From Phycisphaerae bacterium (lineage in GTDB: Bacteria; Planctomycetota; Phycisphaerae; Phycisphaerales; SM1A02): a DNA stretch of 62,527 bases. Below are positions 36,598-45,042 of this stretch, piece by piece; position 1 is the first letter of the stretch, and every line of letters begins with the position of its first letter. Made by a program: the position numbers and the translations under genes. Where the stretch lies: NCBI GenBank assembly GCA_002705085.1, contig PAHO01000045.1:1-62527 (forward strand), in the 5' to 3' direction. Under the pieces are notes generated by a model, which made no database searches, was not told where the DNA came from, and saw only the letters and a program-made list of their open reading frames with translations.

Positions 36598-38406
36598 TTA
36601 CAGCAGCGTCAACAAAATCAAAATATCTGAGAAGCCAACATCATTGTTCCCATCGAGATCTTCTGGGCAACCAGAGCATGGCCCCCATCCTGAAAGCAGG
36701 ATGAGAAGGTCGTTGAAGTTCACCAGGCCATCGCCATTGAAATCACCAACCACCGTAGAGCCGACTGTTAACTCAAGGGAAAGACCAAAAACACTTTCTG
36801 TTTGGCCGGGAATATCTTCATCTCGAGTTTGGAACACCAAGCCGTTTGTGAACTCTCCGGGTTGAGAGGCGTCGACCAGAAGTCTGATTTGACCAGATTC
36901 GCTCCCTAAATTGTTTGGCACCTGCAAGACTTCTAAAACAGGTGGCATTGGGGGAGCCAAAAGATCACCCAAAAACAAACGGGATTGCAAAGCATCAAAC
37001 CCAAAGTTCCAAATATCAATTTCCAGAACAACTGGGTCTAGGCTGACCTCCAGAGAGGCGCTGATAACCCCGCCGGGCAAAAAAGTGTCTTCGGAAAGCG
37101 AAGCACGAGACGGCCGAACACACGTCCAACTCATTGGGTAGGCGCCAAGACCTCCAGTACCTTCAACTGGTGAACTTAAGGACACTGTGCCGCTCTGTGG
37201 CCCAACTGTTGACGCCTCAACCGGAAGGCTGGTCAATGTGGAGCCAAGAACGGGGGTTGTTCCTGATCGTTCCCCATTGACCCCGCCATTGCCTTCAATG
37301 CTCCACTCCAAGGTGGAGGATCCAGATTCGACAACCGCCGGTGTGGTGTGGTTCACCCGAAAAGGGGCTTGGGGGTTTGGTCCCTGGACCACCCGATCAA
37401 AATCAGCCGAAACCGACCCAATTGGGGGCAGAGAGAAATCCACCACCACTGGAATGTGGTCGGCTCCATCATGCAATGCGTCGGCCAGTTGGTTGCTTCT
37501 TGAGACCTCACCCGGGAAGTAGAAGTTGTTTCCACTATTGATGGCAATGTTGTAGTGCTGTCCATCATTCCCAAGAGCTCGGTAGGTTCCTGGAATCAAT
37601 ACAACCCCGTTCCCCTCCTGGGTTTCTTGACTGCTGAAAATGAAATCAAACCGATCATCCAACCCTCCGCCAACCAGGCCATTGCTACTGGATGTGCTTC
37701 GTGGGCTTTGGGTGTGCTTGATGGCATTCCCTGATCCAGACCATGATCCACTTCCCAGCGGATCAACAATCGCATTGGTTCCACTGGTGTTGGCGATCAA
37801 CGCATAACCAGACTCAGAGTTTGAGTAGAAGTTGAAATCTCCTCCCCAAATGATGTTTGCATTGCTAGGGAGCGTTGCAATGTTGTTCAAGATGGTTTGG
37901 GTTCCACTTTCTCTTTCATCTTCATTGCTCGAGCCTTGACTCGCTTTGAGGTGACAGGAATACACCCAGAAACCAGTTGAACCATTGGTGGCATCGAGGG
38001 TGAATCGCCACCGGTCGCTGAATCGTCCGGCCCCAGTAAAGAGATCTCGATGATCACCAATTGATTCAGTGAGCAACTCACCCCGGTAGATGCACGCTTG
38101 GGCTCCACCTGTATCTGAGTTGGTGTAGGTCGCGATGCGCCATGTTGGTCCAGGAACTTCTGCATTCAACAGGTTGCGAATCGTGACTTCATCACCCTCG
38201 TTGACTTCTTGAAGAAGCAAAATTGCTGGTGGGGTTGACCACCCAGGTGTGTCGTCTTCAGCGATTTCAGCCAAGATGTTCCGGATGGCTGAAAGGTCAC
38301 CTCTCAAGGCGGCACAATTCCAGCTTGCGACCCGAAGTTGCGCCTCAGAGACCCCAGTAAGGCACAGGATGAGCAATAAAGCAATTTTCCGGGGTGCTGG
38401 GGGCAT
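36598..38406 (-). CDS. Secreted endonuclease/exonuclease/phosphatase (EEP)-family protein with C-terminal dockerin repeat pair
   Basis: ORF 36598..38406 (-). The signal peptide is MPPAPRKIALLLILCLTGVSEA. EEP motifs are present (LRVASWNC, LLLQEV, WGGDFNF, ...DH.PVVVDF). The C-terminus is DFNGDGLVNFNDLLILLSGWGPCSGCPEDLDGNNDVGFSDILILL. Confidence 0.65.
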   Translation of the reverse strand: MPPAPRKIALLLILCLTGVSEAQLRVASWNCAALRGDLSAIRNILAEIAEDDTPGWSTPPAILLLQEVNEGDEVTIRNLLNAEVPGPTWRIATYTNSDTGGAQACIYRGELLTESIGDHRDLFTGAGRFSDRWRFTLDATNGSTGFWVYSCHLKASQGSSNEDERESGTQTILNNIATLPSNANIIWGGDFNFYSNSESGYALIANTSGTNAIVDPLGSGSWSGSGNAIKHTQSPRSTSSSNGLVGGGLDDRFDFIFSSQETQEGNGVVLIPGTYRALGNDGQHYNIAINSGNNFYFPGEVSRSNQLADALHDGADHIPVVVDFSLPPIGSVSADFDRVVQGPNPQAPFRVNHTTPAVVESGSSTLEWSIEGNGGVNGERSGTTPVLGSTLTSLPVEASTVGPQSGTVSLSSPVEGTGGLGAYPMSWTCVRPSRASLSEDTFLPGGVISASLEVSLDPVVLEIDIWNFGFDALQSRLFLGDLLAPPMPPVLEVLQVPNNLGSESGQIRLLVDASQPGEFTNGLVFQTRDEDIPGQTESVFGLSLELTVGSTVVGDFNGDGLVNFNDLLILLSGWGPCSGCPEDLDGNNDVGFSDILILLTLL

Positions 38407-38471
38407 GTCACCAATGTAGAACGAAGATGGTCGATCACAACCGACTTTCTACACGGACCTAGGATAAGAAC

Positions 38472-40118
38472 ATGGAACCAGCAGCCATCCGCCGTCCCGA
38501 TCCAGAAACCGTCACGATCTCGGGCTACGAAGTCGATCGCCGATACGGCCCAGACACGGTGCCAACGACAAACCTGAACGACGCGAGCCAACCCCATCCA
38601 CGTATTGGTGAACCTGGGCAGTACCCATTCACCCGTGGCATCCACGAAGGGATGTACCGAACCCGTCTGTGGACCATGCGTCAATTTGCCGGGTTTGGTT
38701 CTGCTGATGACACCAACCGGCGATTCAAATACTTGCTGGAAAACGCCCGAGGGACGAAGGCGAACACTGGCCTTTCTACCGCGTTCGATCTTCCCACCCT
38801 CATGGGTCGCGATTCAGATGATCCATTGAGTGCGGGTGAGGTTGGTCGCTGTGGAGTTGCGATCGACACGATCGAAGACATGGAGAGGTTGTATGCCGAC
38901 ATCCCCCTCAACAAGGTCACGGTCTCCCAAACCATCAACGGACCGGCGGCGGTGATTTGGGCCATGTATCTTGCGATGGCGCGACGAAAAGGGTTCTCTT
39001 GGGATCACCTTGGTGGCACGTTGCAAAACGACATTTTGAAAGAGTTCCACAGTCAGAATGAGTTCATTTATCCCCCAGAAGCTTCGGTCAAACTGGTGGT
39101 GGACACCATCGAGCACCAAATGAACCATGTGCCGAGATGGAACAGTGTTTCTGTGTCTGGTTATCACATTCGGGAAGCTGGTTCAACCGCCGTCCAAGAG
39201 CTGGCTTTTACTCTCCGTGATGGCATGGAATATGTAGAAGCAGCCATACGCCGCGGGCTGGATGTTGATCATTTTGCTCCCCGACTTTCTTTCTTCTTCA
39301 ACGCGCACAATGAGTTTTTTGAAGAGATTTGCAAAATTCGTGCGGCCCGTCGAATTTGGGCCACCGCCATGCGTGAGCGATTTGGTGCCAAATCAGAACG
39401 ATCTTGGTGGATGCGAACCCATGTACAAACCGCAGGCTGTTCACTTACAGAACAGCAACCTTTGAACAATATTGTTCGAGTCGCCTACCAAGCGATGGCG
39501 GGTGTTCTTGGGGGTTGCCAAAGTCTGCATACAGATTCGATGGACGAAACCTTAGGTTTGCCCACTGAAACCGCAGTTCGGGTGGCGCTGCGAACCCAAC
39601 AAATTTTGGCCCACGAAACTGGAATCCATCGCACCGTCGATCCGCTTGGAGGGTCGTGGTACGTCGAAGCGCTGACTGATCGTATGGAGGCCGACGCCAA
39701 CGAGATCATCAGTGAGATTGACAACATGGGGGGTGTGGTCTCTGGAATCAATAAGGGGTATTTCCGCCGCGCCATTGCAGACGCTTCATATCGTCTTGGG
39801 CAAGAAATGGATGCTGGTGATCGAATTGTTGTCGGGATGAATGCCTATCACGATGGGAGTGAGGATCAACAAGTGGAAATCTTGCAAATCCCTCATCAAG
39901 TCGAAATTGATCAATGTGATCGTTTGGAGTCATTCAAGAAAAATCGAGACCACGATCTGGTTCAAGAGCAGCTTGATGTGTTGCGTTCGGATGCCAGAAG
40001 TGGCACCAACACCATGCCCGCTTTGGTCGAAGCTTCTGATGCTGGCGCCACGATGGGGGAAATGGTGCAAGCCCTCGCAGATGTTTTTGGTCGCTATTCC
40101 GGTGGACCGGAGTGGTGA
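38472..40118 (+). CDS. Methylmalonyl-CoA mutase-family catalytic (substrate-binding TIM barrel) subunit; no B12-binding domain in this ORF
   Basis: ORF 38472..40118, 548 aa. Conserved MCM blocks are present (PGQYPFTRGIHEGMYRTRLWTMRQFAGFG; NTGLSTAFDLPT; RWNSVSVSGYHIREAGST; QTAGCSLT). The protein ends before where a cobalamin-binding domain would start. Confidence 0.8.
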   Translation: MEPAAIRRPDPETVTISGYEVDRRYGPDTVPTTNLNDASQPHPRIGEPGQYPFTRGIHEGMYRTRLWTMRQFAGFGSADDTNRRFKYLLENARGTKANTGLSTAFDLPTLMGRDSDDPLSAGEVGRCGVAIDTIEDMERLYADIPLNKVTVSQTINGPAAVIWAMYLAMARRKGFSWDHLGGTLQNDILKEFHSQNEFIYPPEASVKLVVDTIEHQMNHVPRWNSVSVSGYHIREAGSTAVQELAFTLRDGMEYVEAAIRRGLDVDHFAPRLSFFFNAHNEFFEEICKIRAARRIWATAMRERFGAKSERSWWMRTHVQTAGCSLTEQQPLNNIVRVAYQAMAGVLGGCQSLHTDSMDETLGLPTETAVRVALRTQQILAHETGIHRTVDPLGGSWYVEALTDRMEADANEIISEIDNMGGVVSGINKGYFRRAIADASYRLGQEMDAGDRIVVGMNAYHDGSEDQQVEILQIPHQVEIDQCDRLESFKKNRDHDLVQEQLDVLRSDARSGTNTMPALVEASDAGATMGEMVQALADVFGRYSGGPEW

Positions 40119-40122
40119 ACCT

Positions 40123-40626
40123 TCATTGGTTGCGATTGATCGGCGCGTAGCGATCGGGTCGGTCTCGAGACGAGGGCATGCTTCCAGCTTCACGCCGCCA
40201 CCATTCAGGTGCAACCGGACGGTCACTTCGTGGTGTCAATTCAGCTGGGCCTTCGGCATATGCCACATCTTGCCTGACATCAATATCAATGCGAACACTG
40301 GCTGCATTGGGCACCGACAACGCATTTTGCATGCTTCCAGATCGAGTCCCGACGTCCCAAATTTGCCAACGCATCAGGTCTGGCGTTTGGACAGGGTCTT
40401 TACCCATTCCAGGCACAATGTCCCACGTCAGTTGCTTCCCAATCGGAACGTCAATCGAAACCAGGACCTCTCCGGATCGGATATCAACCAAAGTCACCGA
40501 TTTTTGCACTCGCTCGGTCGATTCGATGGTGGTGGTGTCGCCGGTGCCCCGGAAGAGGGTGCCGCCGGGTTTGTGGAAGGAGCAGCCAACAAAGGCCAGA
40601 ATGGTCAGCAGCATGATCAAACGCAT
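40123..40626 (-). CDS. Hypothetical lipoprotein
   Basis: ORF 40123..40626 (-). The lipobox signal is MRLIMLLTILAFVGCS. I recognise no domain. Confidence 0.5.
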   Translation of the reverse strand: MRLIMLLTILAFVGCSFHKPGGTLFRGTGDTTTIESTERVQKSVTLVDIRSGEVLVSIDVPIGKQLTWDIVPGMGKDPVQTPDLMRWQIWDVGTRSGSMQNALSVPNAASVRIDIDVRQDVAYAEGPAELTPRSDRPVAPEWWRREAGSMPSSRDRPDRYAPINRNQ

Positions 40627-40692
40627 GGATGTGTTATCGGCACTTCGGGGGGCTCAGCCTGTATTTTGGCGAAGTCCTAGGCTAGAGGTGCA

Positions 40693-41190
40693 ATGAATTC
40701 TTCTATTCGCGTTGGTCACGGTTACGACTGCCATCGATTGGCTCTGCCCCCTGAAGGAGGCCTTTTGGTGTTGGGGGGGCTGCATCTTGAACACGAGAAG
40801 GGTCCGGTTGCCCATTCTGATGGTGATGCACTGCTCCACGCCGTAACAGATGCGGTCTTGGGCGCTTTGGGCCTTGACGATTTGGGTACCCAATTTCCCG
40901 ACACTGACCCTCGTTGGCATGGGGCCTCATCCGATCATTTTTTGAGGGAGGCCATTCGCCAGGCTCATGATTTGGGCTGGAGGGTTGGCAATATGGATGC
41001 CACCGTGTTGTTGGAACGCCCACGACTTGCCCCTCACCGATCAGCCTTGCGAGAAAATCTGGCCAGACTGCTCGATGTTTCACCGGACCTCATCAACATC
41101 AAGGGCAAAAGTGGGGAAGGTCTTGGCCCTGTGGGTCAAGGCCAATTGGTTGAGGTGCACGCCACCGTTCTGATGCACAGATCGGATTGA
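40693..41190 (+). CDS. ispF: 2-C-methyl-D-erythritol 2,4-cyclodiphosphate synthase IspF (monofunctional)
   Basis: ORF 40693..41190. It carries the IspF motifs VGHGYDCHRL and HSDGDALLHAVTDAVLGALGL. Confidence 0.85.
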   Translation: MNSSIRVGHGYDCHRLALPPEGGLLVLGGLHLEHEKGPVAHSDGDALLHAVTDAVLGALGLDDLGTQFPDTDPRWHGASSDHFLREAIRQAHDLGWRVGNMDATVLLERPRLAPHRSALRENLARLLDVSPDLINIKGKSGEGLGPVGQGQLVEVHATVLMHRSD

Positions 41191-41835
41191 TCACACTTGA
41201 GGGGTGTCTGGTTGGCCAAGAGTGAAAGCCAATGCGCGACAAGCTTGTCCTCGATGGGACCGATCGTTTTTTTCTTCAGGAGACAATTCAGCACTGGTTC
41301 GGCCATCCGGAAGCATCAAGTGTGGGTCGTATCCGAACCCATTCTTCCCTCGAGGATCAGATGTGATGTGACCCTCCATCGTTCCCCGAGCCACATGTCG
41401 AATGAGACCGTCTGGTTCAGCAAGACACAACACACAGACAAATCGGGCCGATCGTTTTTCTTGAGGAATTGGCTCAATGGCTTGAACCAATTTTTTGTTG
41501 TTCGCGGCATCTCGAGTGGCCCGGTCGCCGTCTACTCCAGACCAACGGGCGCTGTGCACACCAGGGGCACCATCGAGAGCATCAACCACCAAACCTGAAT
41601 CATCAGCCAACGTGGGGAGGCCACTCCAAGCGGCATACACCTTGGCCTTGATGGCCGCATTACCTTCAAAGTCAGGTGCATCCTCGACCGGTTCTTCCGG
41701 CAGGGGGCGTCCATTGGCAACATCTTGCAGGGTGCAGATGTGCCACCCCAGTGGTGCAAGGGTGCTGGCGACCTCTTTCACTTTGTGAGGATTTGATGTT
41801 GCCAACAACAATGTGTTCACGGGCGCTTCCAGCAT
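41191..41835 (-). CDS. rdgB: Non-canonical purine NTP pyrophosphatase RdgB/Ham1
   Basis: ORF 41191..41835 (-). It has the Ham1 motifs ATSNPHKVKE near the N-terminus and FGYDP near the C-terminus. Its stop abuts the ispF stop with a 0-nt gap. Confidence 0.8.
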   Translation of the reverse strand: MLEAPVNTLLLATSNPHKVKEVASTLAPLGWHICTLQDVANGRPLPEEPVEDAPDFEGNAAIKAKVYAAWSGLPTLADDSGLVVDALDGAPGVHSARWSGVDGDRATRDAANNKKLVQAIEPIPQEKRSARFVCVLCLAEPDGLIRHVARGTMEGHITSDPRGKNGFGYDPHLMLPDGRTSAELSPEEKNDRSHRGQACRALAFTLGQPDTPQV

Positions 41836-42185
41836 TCTGGAACATCACCAAATTCAGCAACAATGGTGGACTTGAACCCGCCACGCCCCTTCCACATGGT
41901 CACAATCTGAAGCCATTTGGGCTGCATGCATTCCACCATGTCATCGCGCAAACGATTGGTCACCGCCTCGTAATAGATGCCCTCTTGGCGAAAGGATTGG
42001 CAGTACATCTTCAGACTTTTCAGTTCGACGCAGCATTCAGCGGGTTCGTACCGAAACAAAATCTCGCCAAAGTCTGGATGCCCCGTTTTGGGGCACACGC
42101 TGGTGAACTCCTCGTGGAGGTGCTCGATGACATAGGACGCATCACCAGGGTTGGTGAAAGTTTCAAGCAGGGATGGATCTGGCAT
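41817..42185 (-). CDS. queF: NADPH-dependent 7-cyano-7-deazaguanine reductase QueF (YkvM-type, single-domain)
   Basis: ORF 41817..42185 (-). The QueF motif EFTSVCPKTGHPDF is present, and the start is M...LLETFTNP. It overlaps the rdgB start by 19 nt. Confidence 0.8.
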   Translation of the reverse strand: MPDPSLLETFTNPGDASYVIEHLHEEFTSVCPKTGHPDFGEILFRYEPAECCVELKSLKMYCQSFRQEGIYYEAVTNRLRDDMVECMQPKWLQIVTMWKGRGGFKSTIVAEFGDVPECWKRP

Positions 42186-42390
42186 TCCTCCATGGTACGC
42201 CAGCGAAGGGTGTCAATACTGCTTCATCCAAAACGTCGCCGACCGCCCCATGAGGCGGCCGGCATTGGAGGAAGAACGGAGGAATTCGAGACACATGAAT
42301 CTCAATTGATTATGCGCGTGGTCTATGGAAGGTTCGGTGATGTTGGCGGAAACGCAGAAAATTTGTGATTTGCGTTGGTGCTGGCGCGCA

Positions 42391-42425
42391 TCTAAAAACA
42401 AACGAACCCGCACCGGGCGGGTTCG
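42391..42425 (-). terminator. Minus-strand rho-independent terminator (3' of the TPR lipoprotein gene, 5' of the queF leader)
   Basis: On the minus strand, cgaacccgc-ccggt-gcgggttcg forms a 9-bp stem. It is immediately followed by tttgttttt. Confidence 0.5.
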
Positions 42426-42582
42426 TAAGTCTGGGTCCGGGTAGACCCGGTAAGGGAGGAGTCACACCAGAGCATCCAGTGGGGGTTCTGGAAGCCCTCG
42501 TGCCAAGAGACCCATGCAAAGTCTCTGTCACAACAGTCTTTTCGAGGGCTTTCTACAAGCGGTTTCAGATCTTTGAAAAGAA

Positions 42583-43731
42583 TTATTGGTCAAGATCAAA
42601 CCGCAACATCATGCGGGTGAGTTTGGGTTGATCAGGATTTGATCGCAAACTGTTGCGAAAGGCTGAGACGGCTTGGTCTCGATCGGTTTCGCTTTGGCGG
42701 TTCTTTTCGAGCCAACGATTCAAAGCGAGAATGCCCAAACCGTTCCAGGCTGGAGAGCAGTTTGGATCAAGAGATGTGGCCTCTTGGTAGGCCGTTTGAC
42801 TGGCGTCATAGTCCCCCAATTTGAAGTAACACCAACCAATCCGCTCGTAAACTTCAGAGCTGGGCGACCTTCGATTCAAGACCAGAGCTGTGGCCAGAGC
42901 CCCTTCGTAGTCTCGGCATGCTGCATAGGCCTCGAGCAAACCCGACAAAAGGCTGAAGTCTCCCGGAGACCCTTCAATGGCCATGGTCCAGTGGGGGATT
43001 GAAGCAGAGGCTTGACCAACCCCCAAGAGGGACCTTGCGTACACCGTTCTCCCTTTCGCATTTTGAGGCTCCAAGCGAACGCATGACCTGGCATAGGGGA
43101 GAGCTGCTTCAGGCTGCCCACGCTCCAACTCCAATCGAGAGAGTTGGATCAACGGCTCTGCTTCATCTGGGGCAAGGGTCAGACAGCGGATCCAGAGCCG
43201 CTCAGCTTCCCTGGTTCGTCCGATTTGAGACAGGACATTCGCATGTCGCAAGACAGCTTGGGCGTTGTTTGGTTGCAACTCCACCGCGCGCCGCCATGAC
43301 CGTTCGGCAGCCCATGGATTTTCCAGCCGCTCGTGGGTGTTGGCCAGACCCATATAAGCCTCGATCTGGCCAGGGCTGTTCAACAAAATTTCAGCAAAGG
43401 CCTCCAGTGCCTCTTCCAATTCCCCCTGGTCCAACAATTGTTCCGCTAGTTGCAGGGGCGTAAGGCGCGGCTGATTGGTTGCTTCGACCGGCGAAGTTAT
43501 GACGGGGTCTTGGGCATTGAGATTCTTTCCAGCCAATGCCAGTTCAGGATCGGGGGAGGAGTCCTCGGTGCCAGCTTCTGGGATCTGGGTTGAAGTTTCT
43601 GATTTCGCGGTGGATGGGAGCTGGCTTGGCTCAGTCTGGATTGAACCGATCGAGCTTACGCGAGGCGCCTTGCAGCCAAATCCCAGAAATGTCCCCGCAA
43701 GAATGATTGAGATGGTTGCGGTTCGACCCAT
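42583..43731 (-). CDS. TPR-repeat lipoprotein
   Basis: ORF 42583..43863 (-). The probable start is the Met at 43731 (MGRTATISIILAGTFLGFGC, a lipobox) or the one at 43764. Multiple TPR units run through the C-terminal 300 aa (AYMGLANTHERL, AVLRHANVLSQIG, etc.). Confidence 0.6.
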   Translation of the reverse strand: MGRTATISIILAGTFLGFGCKAPRVSSIGSIQTEPSQLPSTAKSETSTQIPEAGTEDSSPDPELALAGKNLNAQDPVITSPVEATNQPRLTPLQLAEQLLDQGELEEALEAFAEILLNSPGQIEAYMGLANTHERLENPWAAERSWRRAVELQPNNAQAVLRHANVLSQIGRTREAERLWIRCLTLAPDEAEPLIQLSRLELERGQPEAALPYARSCVRLEPQNAKGRTVYARSLLGVGQASASIPHWTMAIEGSPGDFSLLSGLLEAYAACRDYEGALATALVLNRRSPSSEVYERIGWCYFKLGDYDASQTAYQEATSLDPNCSPAWNGLGILALNRWLEKNRQSETDRDQAVSAFRNSLRSNPDQPKLTRMMLRFDLDQ

Positions 43732-43771
43732 GAAGCCGTGATGGTAATTCGAATCGGTTAACATTCCATTT

Positions 43772-44263
43772 ATGGTTCGCTCGAAATACTTCTTCGTTGC
43801 TTTTTCTTTGCTCCTTTTGGCCACCTTGTCGGCCTGTACTCCGTGGGCCACCTGGCCTCGCATCGAAGGCTCACCTTCGTTGAGTACCCCGACTTACCAT
43901 CCGATTCCTCGTTTGTGTGTGTTGTCGGTGGGTGCGATCCGTGAGGAACTGGGAGATGAGTCACCTTTGGTGATCAACCAGCTCCCTGGATTGAATGAAA
44001 AAGAAGCGGAGGAGTTTATGGTCAACTTCCCCGGGGCGACCACACTCACCGAAGCAGGTCCTGCGTATCACTTGATGTCGGTTGAGGTTCGAGTGGTTGA
44101 AGCTCGAGTTGAAGTTCTGGTGCCCACTGAGACCGGAAAATGTGACCTCTGGTCGATCGAACTTAGCCAGCAGATTAAAAATTGGAAGGTGGAGAGTGTT
44201 CGCCGCTTCCGAGTGCAACGACCAGCTCCAGCTCCACGGATTCCCTACCCCGTCGAAGGCTGA
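43772..44263 (+). CDS. Hypothetical lipoprotein
   Basis: ORF 43772..44263. The lipobox signal is MVRSKYFFVAFSLLLLATLSAC. I recognise no domain. Confidence 0.5.
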   Translation: MVRSKYFFVAFSLLLLATLSACTPWATWPRIEGSPSLSTPTYHPIPRLCVLSVGAIREELGDESPLVINQLPGLNEKEAEEFMVNFPGATTLTEAGPAYHLMSVEVRVVEARVEVLVPTETGKCDLWSIELSQQIKNWKVESVRRFRVQRPAPAPRIPYPVEG

Positions 44264-44532
44264 ATCCATTGAAATTCAGGTTGCGCTGATTAATTTGGTT
44301 GGTGCAATGGGTTGGGAGATAGGGCGCAAAGCCCAGGTGTTCACCAACCGATGACACAGGTGGAGATTCCACCATGTCCAAGACCGCCACCGAACGTTCT
44401 GTTGACTCGTTTCAGTCCACCCTTGGGCCACAGGTAGCCTTGTTGCTCAAACTGGCCAAAGTGGCGCAGTTGTCGATTCACAGTGCATCTTGCCGAATTG
44501 GCCGGGTGCAGCACACGCTTCGGCAACAAAAT

Positions 44533-45042
44533 TCAACGTAAAGCGGCAAACTGGACCCATCGCTTCACGGCCCGTCGGCGGTAAGACTCGTCGATCAGCC
44601 AGCGGTCTGCGTTTGGACTCTCCGAGTTCAAACCTAAGGCCCACCCTGATCCTGATTGGGACCGCGGAGATGAAAATGTCTGGGATTCAGTTGACGCGGC
44701 TTGTCCAACCAAAGGAGAAAGCCCCAGTGCGTGTTGCAAGTTTTGGATCCCAATAAACCATCTTGTGCCGGGGGGAATGGGGTCTGTGCCGGCGGGATTG
44801 GGGTTGATACCTCGGGGATATAAGGCAAACAGCGCGCCTTGTTGACGGATGAACCACATTGTTCCATCCGAATCTTTGATCCTCTGAATCACACTGAGGT
44901 CATCGGTAGAGCGAAGGTCAACTCCTGGGGTGAAGAGATCCAATTGCAGGGGCGAATCATCTGTGGCCGAACCCACTCTTGATTGGGCGGATACTGCTGA
45001 AGTCAAACCGCTGACAACCAAAAACAGGGCGAGCTTGATCAT
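44533..45042 (-). CDS. Secreted hypothetical protein, translationally coupled to the upstream NrtR-like gene
   Basis: ORF 44533..45042 (-). The signal peptide is MIKLALFLVVSGLTSAVSA. Its ATG (45042-45040) overlaps the TGA stop (45041-45039) of the NrtR-like gene. Confidence 0.5.
   Translation of the reverse strand: MIKLALFLVVSGLTSAVSAQSRVGSATDDSPLQLDLFTPGVDLRSTDDLSVIQRIKDSDGTMWFIRQQGALFALYPRGINPNPAGTDPIPPGTRWFIGIQNLQHALGLSPLVGQAASTESQTFSSPRSQSGSGWALGLNSESPNADRWLIDESYRRRAVKRWVQFAALR

Noticed and set aside
41676-42368. ORF 41676..42368 (+) 230 aa
   Set aside because: It is antisense to the 5' ends of rdgB and queF, both of which have clear family motifs.
42186-42420. Possible preQ1 riboswitch upstream of queF
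   Set aside because: I read the minus-strand leader and could not find the preQ1-I hairpin plus A-rich tail or the larger class II/III motifs. I left it as an open finding rather than a feature.
44374-44541. 55-codon plus-strand ORF (MSKTATERSVDSFQSTLGPQVALLLKLAKVAQ...) with GGAG 10 nt upstream
   Set aside because: It is below the track's size cut-off and overlaps the 3' end of the convergent secreted-protein gene. It has no recognisable motif, so there is too little evidence to call.
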